Part shown: piece by piece, positions 14,797 through 24,700 of the stretch
How the letters are laid out: each line of letters begins with the position of its first letter
Numbering within the stretch: position 1 is the first letter of the stretch
Source: Oculina patagonica
Lineage: Eukaryota
NCBI RefSeq assembly: GCF_052425735.1
Contig: NC_135758.1
Coordinates: forward strand, 11,656,001-11,720,000
Length of the DNA stretch: 64,000 nucleotides
Reading direction: 5' to 3'
The notes under the pieces: model-generated
Database searches by the model: none
Seen by the model: only the letters and a program-made list of their open reading frames with translations
What the model was told of the DNA's origin: nothing
Program-made: the position numbers and the translations under genes

Positions 14797-14861
14797 TCAT
14801 AAGAAGAATTGATTTTATTATTGCTATTAATTTTTCTTAAAGGGAAAAGACAGCACGGGCC

Positions 14862-17800
14862 ATGGAGAGCAAAGAAGAAGTTATACAAGCCATATTCATC
14901 GGCTTTGTTGTTGCCACATTGCTCTACAACACCTGTCGTGTTGAGAAAGCTATTGAGCTATGGAAGGAATGCTTGCTCCTCCTCGATCGTAGGGTATTGA
15001 TGGAGAAAAATTCATTTGTGATATCCGTTTCCAAAGGCATATATGCAAAACTGTTCCAGGTATACTATCAAATTCATGATTACACTAATGCACTGCAATA
15101 TGGCCAAATACTTCTAATTAAAAACATGGAGTGTGGCGAAAGAGCTAAAGAAGGTACACTTAGTATAAAACTAGCAAAAATTTATCAGCATCAAAGTAAA
15201 TACATGGAAGCAATAGAATTGTACGAGAAAGCAATCTCAATCATGGTGGAAATGAAAGACCGTGATGGAGAAGCATCATGTTATGGAAACCTAGGAACTT
15301 TGTTTATATCTTTGCGGGAGTATGACAAGGCCAAAGACTATCTTGAGAAAGCACTTGTTATTAGAGTAGAATTGGATGACAGGGAAGGGGAAGTGATTAA
15401 CTGCGGAAACCTAGGAGCTGTCCATGTATCTCTTGGTAAATATAGAAAGGCCAAAGAATATTTCGAGAGAGCTCTTGCGATCAGCATACAAACTGGCGAC
15501 AGAAAAGGCGAAACATCATATTATGGGCACTTAGGAAATGTCAGCGTCTCTCTTGGAGAGTATTCCGAGGCCAAAGAATATTTCGAAAGGGCACATGTGA
15601 CCAGCGTGGAAACGGGAGACAAGGCTAGTGAAGCATCAATTTGTAGAAACATGGGTGCTTTGCTGAAGTCTTGCGGTGAATATGACGAGGCCAAAACATT
15701 TTTTGACAAAGCACTAGCGATCAACATCGAAGTTGGTGACAGAAAAGGTGAAGCTTTGTGTTACGAAAAGCTAGGAGCTATGTATTACTCCCTTGATGTT
15801 CGTGAAAAGGCTGTAGTATGTTTTGAGGAAGCACTTACGATCCAGATCGAAACTGGTGATATTTTTGGTCAATCGACAGTTTACGTTAACCTTGGACATG
15901 TGTTTATTTCCCTTGGTGAGTTCGTCAAGGCTCGGGAATGTCTTCAGAAATCGCTTGCAATCGGAATAGAGGCTGGTGACAGAAAAGTTTTAGCTTCATC
16001 TTACAGGCAGTTAGGAAACGTCTGTCAGGCTATTGGAGAGCACGCCAAGGCCACAGAATATCTAGAGAAAGAACTTGCGATTAGAATAGAAACGGCAGAC
16101 AGAGAAGGAGAAGCGATATGTTACGGAAACCTGGGAAAGGTGTTTGAATTCCTTTGTGAATATGGCAAGGCGGAAGAATATAGCAGAAAGGAACTTGCGG
16201 TCAGTATGGAAATTGGTTGCAAGCAAGGAGAAGCGTCTTCATTTGAAAACCTTGGAGCCATTTTTCGAAATCTCGGTGAATATGTCAAGGCCAAAAGCTA
16301 TTTTGAGAAAGCACTTGCAATTAGAATAGAAATTAGCGACAGAGAAGGAGAAGCGGCAGATTACGTGCACCTGGCAAATGTGTACCGCCTGCTTAGTGAC
16401 TATGCAAAGGCTTATGAATACCTTGAGAAAGCACTTGAGATCAGAAGACGAATTCACGACAAGAAAGGTCAGGCGACAGTTTATGTGAATCTTGGAATAG
16501 TGTTTATATGCCTTGGTGATTATGCAAAGGCTAATGAATATCTTGACAGAGCCCTTCCTATCGGAATAGAAACTGGTGACAGAAGGCTTGAAGCTGTAGT
16601 TTACGAAAATCTGGGAAAAACCTTTAGTTTTCTATGTGAAAATGACAAAGCTAAAGAATACTCCCAGAAAGCACTTGCAATCACAAAAGAAATTGGTGAC
16701 ATTCGAGGAGAAGCGTTTTCGTTGGGTAACCTAGGAAGTGTTTTCCAAACCCTTGGAGACAACGCAAAGGCTAAAGAATATTTCGAAAAAGCACTATCCA
16801 TCATGAAAGAGATTGGCGATACGGCAGGAGAAGCGGCAATTTACGGAAACCTTGGTCTTATGTTCCAAGCACTTGGTGAATTTGGAAAGGCTCCTGAATA
16901 CCTGAATAAAGCCATCGCCATTAAGACAAAAATTGGAGACAAAAGCGGATTAGCGACAGACTACGGAGTCCTAGGCACAATTTTGGCATTCCTGGGCGAA
17001 TATGACAAGGCTAAAGAGCATATCGAGGAAGCACTTTCGATCAGCAAAGCAATTGGTGACAAGAAAGGAAAAGCGTCATCCTATGGTCACCTAGCTAATC
17101 TGTACTTAGCACTTGGCAAATATCCCAAAGCCTCAAAATATATTACGAAGGCACATGCGATCAGTGAAGAAATTGGTGACAAAGCAGGTGAGGCGACAGC
17201 GTATGAAATCTTCGGAACATTGTTTTATTCTATTGGTGACAACGATAAGGCTGAAGAATTCTTTGACAAAGCACTTTCAATCAGCATAGAAATTGGTAGC
17301 AAAAGAGGACAAGCAAAAGCCTACGGGGAGCTTGGAAATTTCTTTGTCTGTCTCGGTGAATATTTCAAGGCTAGAAAATATCTTGAAAAGGCACTTGCAA
17401 TAAGTAGAGATGTAGGAGACCGGGAAAGAGCATTTTTATGCTATTGTAACCTTTCATTGGTGAAATTATTCGAAGGTAATATTAACGAAGCGGTTATGCA
17501 TCTCATTGCAAGTATCAAACAGTATGAGGATCTCAGAGGCTCCCTGGGTGACAATGACCAATTGAAGATCTCTTCCTCGGACCTGCGCGTTTTCCCCTAC
17601 AAGATGCTGACCAGTTTGTTGTGTTGGACCGAGAATCCTGATAAAGCTCTTTATGTTGAAGAGCTTGGACGTGCTAGAGCTCTGGCAGACCTAATGTCAG
17701 CTCAATATAATCTGGAAAAACCCAAACCGACTAATCCGCAATCAATCGCCAGTATTAAAAATACAGTGAAAAAGGAAGGTAAATGTACTTTTTTATACAT

Positions 17801-18941
17801 CGCATATTCCTCTCGAAGCTTGTTCATGTGGATTCTTAAAACAAGCGGCGTCCATCGTTTAAGGGAAATGGAGTTACATGAAAACCCAGTCCAGGACGGG
17901 CTGGCAACAGGTTTTGGCGATATTTTCGAAAAAGGCTTTAGGAAATTTGTTATTTTACCGGACCAGCTTTCCGAAGATCGATCTTTAAACACTTTTCAAG
18001 GTCAACAAAGGGCACCTCTGAAAGAAAGCCCGGCAGCTCCTCGCATTGTAGAGGAAAATGAAGAAACGAAAGAACTCAAACCGAGTCTTTCGTTGTGTTA
18101 CAAATTAATAATAGCTCCTGTGGCTGACTTACTTCAAGACCGTGACATCATCATTATTCCTGATCGTTTCTTGTTTAAAGTTCCATTTGCCGCGTTAAGT
18201 GACGAAAGAGGAAAATATTTGTCAGAGACCTTTAGGATCCGCATCGTTCCTTCTTTGACGACTCTCAAGCTTATTCAAGACAGTCCATCAGACTATCACA
18301 GTCAGACTGGCGCATTGATAGTGGGTGATCCTAACGTTGGTCGGGTGCGTTACAAGGGACGTCTTAAAAACATTTCACGACTGCCTTGCGCTGAAAAGGA
18401 AGCAGAGATGATTGGGCGGTTGCTTGGTGTCGAGCCCTTGCTTGCGGAACACGCAACTAAGCAAGCAGTACTTCAAAGAATAAATTCTGTGAGTCTAATA
18501 CATTTTGCCGCACATGGTAATGCCGAAAGGGGCGAAATTGCACTTTCACCTGTATGCCCTCTCAACAGAACACCTCAAGAAGAAGATTACCTGTTGACAA
18601 TGTCCGATATTTCACGAGTTCAACTACGAGCTAAACTTGTAGTACTTAGCTGTTGTCACAGCGGAAATGGAAAGATTAGAGCCGAGGGAGTTGTTGGAAT
18701 CGCTCGAGCGTTTCTTGGATCCGGTGCACGCTCAGTGTTGGTGGCACTGTGGGCCTTAGAAGACAGTGCAACAGAGCAGTTCATGAATCGTTTCTACGAG
18801 CAACTTGTTCAAGGGCAGGGTGCCAGCGAATCTCTTCACGTGGCCATGAAGTGGATGAGAGCTAACGGCTATTCTGACGTGAGACAGTGGGCACCTTTTA
18901 TGTTGATTGGAGATAACGTGACTTTCAATTTCGGAAAGTAA
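14862..18941 (+). CDS. TTC28-like TPR-CHAT protein copy 2, intact (1359 aa; 20 x 40-aa TPR units + caspase-like CHAT protease)
   Basis: Uninterrupted ORF with repeats of consensus GD(R/K)xGEAxxYxNLGxxFxxLGEYxKAxEYxEKALxI. CHAT domain has putative catalytic His (HFAAHG) and Cys (VVLSCCHSG) and ends WAPFMLIGD. Acceptor ttaaag at ~14842 implies an upstream exon. Confidence 0.95.
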   Translation: MESKEEVIQAIFIGFVVATLLYNTCRVEKAIELWKECLLLLDRRVLMEKNSFVISVSKGIYAKLFQVYYQIHDYTNALQYGQILLIKNMECGERAKEGTLSIKLAKIYQHQSKYMEAIELYEKAISIMVEMKDRDGEASCYGNLGTLFISLREYDKAKDYLEKALVIRVELDDREGEVINCGNLGAVHVSLGKYRKAKEYFERALAISIQTGDRKGETSYYGHLGNVSVSLGEYSEAKEYFERAHVTSVETGDKASEASICRNMGALLKSCGEYDEAKTFFDKALAINIEVGDRKGEALCYEKLGAMYYSLDVREKAVVCFEEALTIQIETGDIFGQSTVYVNLGHVFISLGEFVKARECLQKSLAIGIEAGDRKVLASSYRQLGNVCQAIGEHAKATEYLEKELAIRIETADREGEAICYGNLGKVFEFLCEYGKAEEYSRKELAVSMEIGCKQGEASSFENLGAIFRNLGEYVKAKSYFEKALAIRIEISDREGEAADYVHLANVYRLLSDYAKAYEYLEKALEIRRRIHDKKGQATVYVNLGIVFICLGDYAKANEYLDRALPIGIETGDRRLEAVVYENLGKTFSFLCENDKAKEYSQKALAITKEIGDIRGEAFSLGNLGSVFQTLGDNAKAKEYFEKALSIMKEIGDTAGEAAIYGNLGLMFQALGEFGKAPEYLNKAIAIKTKIGDKSGLATDYGVLGTILAFLGEYDKAKEHIEEALSISKAIGDKKGKASSYGHLANLYLALGKYPKASKYITKAHAISEEIGDKAGEATAYEIFGTLFYSIGDNDKAEEFFDKALSISIEIGSKRGQAKAYGELGNFFVCLGEYFKARKYLEKALAISRDVGDRERAFLCYCNLSLVKLFEGNINEAVMHLIASIKQYEDLRGSLGDNDQLKISSSDLRVFPYKMLTSLLCWTENPDKALYVEELGRARALADLMSAQYNLEKPKPTNPQSIASIKNTVKKEGKCTFLYIAYSSRSLFMWILKTSGVHRLREMELHENPVQDGLATGFGDIFEKGFRKFVILPDQLSEDRSLNTFQGQQRAPLKESPAAPRIVEENEETKELKPSLSLCYKLIIAPVADLLQDRDIIIIPDRFLFKVPFAALSDERGKYLSETFRIRIVPSLTTLKLIQDSPSDYHSQTGALIVGDPNVGRVRYKGRLKNISRLPCAEKEAEMIGRLLGVEPLLAEHATKQAVLQRINSVSLIHFAAHGNAERGEIALSPVCPLNRTPQEEDYLLTMSDISRVQLRAKLVVLSCCHSGNGKIRAEGVVGIARAFLGSGARSVLVALWALEDSATEQFMNRFYEQLVQGQGASESLHVAMKWMRANGYSDVRQWAPFMLIGDNVTFNFGK

Positions 18942-20195
18942 ATTTAGAAGTTTCACCCACAAATGGTTTTTGTCAATTTTTAACTTATAAACTAGTAGTA
19001 ATCAGAGATTAGGGGAGTGCGTTCGACCTATAGGTAAAATTGACCCAAGGTAGGCAGGCATTGGCAAAAGACGATATGGTTTGCCTACTAGTAGTATGCC
19101 TTATACCAAAGTTAGTTAATATGCATATACCTCACTAAACGCGAGGAGGATAAGTGTGAGAAAGATTGTGTGACGAGCCAAAAGAACATAGAATGAATGA
19201 AATATTATGTACACAAAAATAATTATTTATTTCACTTGACTTGTTATCGTTTGGCACTAAACGAGATTTAAACTTCCACAAACTTGTGGAAATAGTTTCA
19301 CTTCGACTTTACGCATGTAACATTCAATGTACAACGATTTCCCCGTCAAAACTTCTAGTGTTTCTAGGAACAACGATATATCACGAATTCAAAGAAGTGA
19401 TAAAACAATTTTGATCCGTATTATACCCACTCTCGATGCATGTAACTCTTACAATTCAATTGTAGTTTTGTGCAACGTATAATTGCAGGACAACACGCTG
19501 GTTTAGCTACGAACGAACTCCGTACGAGACTACGCATCAACTTACTCGATTTTCACTCGTTTTACGACGTTCAGTGGCTGAAGACAACTCTGCTACCTTG
19601 GATGATAACCCTCTTATGTTCTCCATGACATTTTCGGCAAAATTACAATTTTGGCCACACGTTTTTAGCCCTTTTTCTCAAGCGAAATAATGTTTTTGAG
19701 CTCAGTTTGGGACGCCATCTTGTTTTGCATGAAATCGAGGCCATCTGTGGCTACCAGTTTCCCGGCCGAGATTTGCCCCTGCAAAAATTAAGCGGGGGAG
19801 GCTAGTCGTGTGTCTATACATATGCGCGCGCAATGCGGCTCGATTCGTTCCGCATAACAGTACACAGGCATACCAACTCAAAAGACACAGGACACAAAAT
19901 CAAAATTAGGCTTGCGCTCTCCTTCGTCGAACGCAATTATCATTTTTCCTTCCATAAGGTTCCATACGAAGTATTATATATCAAAATACGGTAATAGATG
20001 TTTCCACTTGAAAACACTAGTGTTCATCTGAAAAGTGTAAAAATGTGCCTTTTTAAATATTTTTCCCTCGTCAATAAAATTAAAGATACATTTTAAAGGC
20101 TCTGATGATGGCGATGAAGTAACCAAACCTCTCTCCGCCCTCGTCCAACATGGAAGACAATTTTATTGTGAATAAAATTTTCGTGTTTAAATAAA

Positions 20196-20233
<38 letters not shown>
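20196..20233. repeat. (GAT)n microsatellite
   Basis: Direct tandem gatgatgat... run. Confidence 0.9.
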
Positions 20234-20234
<1 letters not shown>

Positions 20235-20254
20235 AGGGAGTTAGAAAGCTAACA

Positions 20255-20608
20255 TAAATTCCGTGAGTCTGATGCATAATATTTGCCCCACATGGTAATG
20301 CAGAAAGATGATATGCAGACGTATTTTAGCGAGCGAACGCATTTTGATAGGGCGAGCGCCAACTTGGATTCGTACTCTGCAGAGAATTGATGAGAGAAGA
20401 AAACCCGTCCCAGGGAGGAGCAAGGCTAAATGTCGCTTCCAAACCTCTCTCCGCCCTCGTCCAACATGGCGGCGAATCTTCTCGATCGCTAACTCGCGCG
20501 TGCCCACGGAAAACGCCTGCACTGCAGGCTACCTCTCCTCAGAACTCCTGAAGTGGAAGACTACACTGTACCTGTTGACAACGTATGACATTTCACAGGT
20601 TCAACTAC
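20255..20608 (+). pseudogene. Third CHAT-domain relic, split by a ~220-bp repeat
   Basis: ataaattccgtgagtctgatgcat...cacatggtaatgcagaaag matches 18480-18529 (INSVSLIH...AHGNAER). After an insert (~20308-20531), cctctc...gaagactac...tacctgttgacaa...gacatttcacaggttcaactac matches 18558-18627 (EDYLLTMSDISRVQL). Confidence 0.75.
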
Positions 20609-21051
20609 CTATTAACAATGTCTCACACGCAAGCAAGCCCCACTTGGTAAACAGGATGGTACAAAAAAAAAAAAAAAAAGAAACAACAGACAAATAGTCT
20701 TGCAGAGAGTTATGATGAAAAAAAATTCTTGCAAATACCAATGCTGGTGCTTACTCAAAAGAAATCCCCCCCCCCCCCCAGAAATTTAATGACAATACTT
20801 ACAGTGCATCTTATTATACTGCTTTTTTTTTTTTTCAAACACAATTACGACAACAATCAACGAACATTGAAGTAAAACAAACAAACAAACAAAATGGGTC
20901 TGACCTTTCCATAAATGGTATTATTTTATTTATAAATGTTCCCATCGACGTTTACACAATTGTACAAGACTTTCTTCAGTAGTTCTGCGCTCTCCAGTAC
21001 AAATAGTGTCTACATGTACTATACAGTTGTCAGGTCGCTCTGCTACACATC

Positions 21052-21183
21052 TGTATAACGAACGATATTCTTCACCCCAGTAATAGTAAAGTACTGTGTA
21101 AATGGAAAGAATCCCGATACAACGAAAGATATTTTGTCAGACCCTTGGTCCTTACTCCTTCGTTATATCGAGGTTCCACTGTA
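21052..21183. mobile_element. Tc1/mariner/pogo-type MITE end
   Basis: Ends ...TTCGTTATATCGAGGTTCCACTG-TA, the reverse complement of TA-CAGTGGAACCTCGATATAACGAA; other end eroded. Confidence 0.5.
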
Positions 21184-21753
21184 TGTTGTACATGTAAGTA
21201 CAGTACAACTCAGAAGTAAGTGGCCACCTGTTCGCAAGACAAATCTTTGGTCTTGATTTATATTGACGTTTCTTGAGAAAAAAATAATACAATGCGAAAT
21301 CAAAATAAGAGGTGGTGCATCATGGGCATTGTTATTTAGGTGTGAGTGACATTACAGAAGTTTGCACGGCTACGCTTAAAAAAATATAACTTAAATTGCG
21401 ATTTGATGTAGTTCCATTCACTATCATCACACAAACACTTTTGTGTCATGTTTGCCTCATGTTAAACAACAACAACAACCACTACCACCACCTAGGTTAA
21501 AGTGAAATGGTTTACAACTTACTGAAGAATTTCTGCTAGTCTGCTTTTTTTTAAAATATTAAACAATAATAACAGCAATCTTGTAATCTGATCTCGCGCC
21601 ACTTCATGCTTTGCTCAGTCAAAGGGTGAACCATTCCTCAGTTTGAACCTCAGTACCAAGTCCTGATGGTTTTCGTACCAGGTAGCAGGACATACACGTA
21701 CATATGTAAATAAGTCTTTTGAACAACCAGCATTAAGTTCAATACAATTGAGA

Positions 21754-24700
21754 TCATCCCATCAACAGTAGCAGCAGTATTGTCAGTGAGTTGAGCAATA
21801 TCAGAGGAACTGAAATATAAAAATAAACATAATACCAATATTATTGACACTAATGCATGAACTCTGCAGGCTACTATTGTGTGTTTTAGAGCAGTTTTCA
21901 ATTGAGTGAAGTAAAACCAAAACCAAAGTTATTACTATGGCCAATCACAAACAACACAGACAATCCAGTGAACCAATCCAAACTCGAAGCTAATACATGT
22001 CGCAGGCACAAAGCGCAGGAACGATTGGTTTTGGTTTTACTTTTGATTGGCTAAGAAAGTGGCGCGAGATTATTAAACCAATCACTAAGCGTAGTAATGC
22101 AAAACCAAAGCAAAGCAAAATTACTTTTGACACTCAAGTGAAAACCGCTCTAATCTAGTCGCTTAAGTTTTTGCACTAGTAAATTTTTACATGTAGGGCT
22201 TGAGAATAGTCCCATCTGATCCTCCATGACAAGTACATTTTCCTGCCGGGCAAGTAACTTTTCATGTTTGTTTGCTCGATGGGCAAGGGCCTTCTGCTGG
22301 CAAGTTGCCTGAAAACTACATGACTAGGGTCCTAGGATCCTTAACGACAAGCATGCAATTGTTACAGGCAAACACAATTATTTTCAGAACTGCTTGTCTA
22401 AAGAGCAAGCAGGAATTCAAGGTCAAATGTATCAGATGCTTTCACAGCAAAAATACTTGTGAACTACATGTAGATGGTGCACTACAGTTGTACATGTATG
22501 TATACAGGGCTGCAAATAATTGTTTTCCCTTGAAAGGTCATGCGTCCAATTAAGTCACCATTTTGATCAGACAAAACAAAAGTGAGGTCGGACATCATAT
22601 TACAGTACTGCTCGATAAGTGAACCTGCTAATCTAATGCCTTATCATTGCAGAACATTGTTGTTTGCACTGGAAAGCAGAAAAAAGGTTGTCCGGACATT
22701 CTGTCCGACCACAGTTGGAATTTCATCGGACATTGACAAATTGTGGTCGACCAGTGTCCGATGTCCGACTGTTACAGTATTTGTAGTCCTGTGTATACCA
22801 ACAATGTTTTTAGTACCTTAGCACAAAATGCAGTCTCATGTAGCAGAAAACTTGGCCAAAAATGTAACAACAATGACGTGAAAACAAAAGAAAAACAGTT
22901 TAAAAAGTGGCAAATGGAATCTAGTCCAATCTACAGTATATCAGCTGAATACTACTGTATTTAATTTGATGGCACTAATCAAAAAGTATTCCGTAAGGGA
23001 CCGTTCATTTTTTATGAGGAAGGGGGGGGGGCTGGTGGGATTTGAGGGGGGGTCATGCGAAAAAATATGGCTTCAAAGGGGGGGGGGCAGGCAAAAAAAT
23101 ATGGTCAGTAAGGGGGGGTCACTGAAAATAATTATACTTTATAGTGTTGTAATAAGGGCTTCTGTAATACACTGTAGTTAAAAATATTGCCAGAATGCCC
23201 AAAATAACATTCCTTTGGTTCTAATAATTCAAATTTTCACGGGGGAGCATGCCCCCACCCCCCTACTTTGTTATCTACCCCTACTTTGATATTAACTCAA
23301 CCCAACAGCATATTGGTTACAAATGCAGTCAACCCATACTTTCAAACGGCATCCACAATAAAAGTCAAGGCACTGTCAGCTTTATGGAGGAATGTAGTTG
23401 TCTGTTATTATGACTGCACAACTAATACATTCTTTAGTCATAACGCTTGATAAATTTTAATTTCATTTGATAAATTGTTTTTTTTTGGGGGGGGGGGAGG
23501 GGGGGGGGGTCATCGAAAAGAAAATTGGATTTCGAGGGGGGGTCAGGAAAAAAATTCCGATGAAGAAGGGGGGGTCACTATATATAACAGTGACTGTCTG
23601 TCAAATCCCACCAGCCCCCCCTACCCCATATAAAAAAAATGAACGGTCCCTAACCATTTACCAGGGCACAACATTCACCATCGCCATGTACATGTACATG
23701 TTGTTACTGATTAAAGTGTGCCCTGTATTACTGAAATATGACTTCAGACACAAAAAGTAGCACTCCGCTGCTTAAAACTAAAGCAGCGGAATAGAACAAC
23801 AACAACAACAACAAAAACAGTTATATTAAAGTTACAGTGTATAGCCTTCAAGTTCCATCAAATTTCTGCTCTCAAAGCAGAGTGGCACCAGTGATAGCTT
23901 CAGTGTACAGTACATGTACAAACAAATTTTATTCCACCTCCCTTGTATTGTTTCAGTTCTTTATGACATACATGTACATGTAGATATGAACAAGGCAACT
24001 TTTTCAGTATCAATTAAAAGACATAACTTACTTCTCATGACAGTCCTAACAGAATGAATAAGATTAATGACTTGATGTTTTGTTCCTTTGTCTTCTCCAA
24101 ATCCTGAGAGTTGGTCAGTTCCCCAGCCAACTACAAATAGAAAAAAAAAAATGCAAATTACAAACATATTATAAATCAACTTGTGAGTTGGTTAACTGCA
24201 TGGAAGTCTCCCTCCAGCATCGACTCCAGCAAATTGATTAAATGTACGACCCTGGACAGACAAATTTAATTGATGTTATTAAACTAAAAATATTTCTACG
24301 ACAACTTGGTTGAAAGGGTTTAACTGTACTTCTTCTTACATTTACATATACAGGCGTAATATTATATGGACACCTCCATAACACAGACACTCAGCTACAC
24401 TATGCCCCTTTAGTGTTAATACTAAAGAGGTTCAACTGTGTTAGATATATACAGTCAACTTACATGTACATGTACATGTACATGCAATGCTCTCGTTGGC
24501 ATCATCAATCAACAAGCTACATTTCTTTTTTTACAAGAAAAAGGTAGAACATGGCCGCTCAAAATACATTGCAAAGACAAAAAATTCTGTAACATAAACG
24601 GGAGTTGGGGGGGAACTAAATACATACATGTGTACATGTAACTAAAGTACCAAGTCACGTGAGGATATAATTATTTTTATGTGCAGTGTGGAGGCTTTTC

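Noticed and set aside
6489-18962. Short antisense and alternative-frame ORFs overlapping the TPR-CHAT genes
   Set aside because: Shadow ORFs of the repetitive coding sequence with no independent features.
20080-20277. Poly-His ORF
   Set aside because: Translation of the (GAT)n microsatellite.
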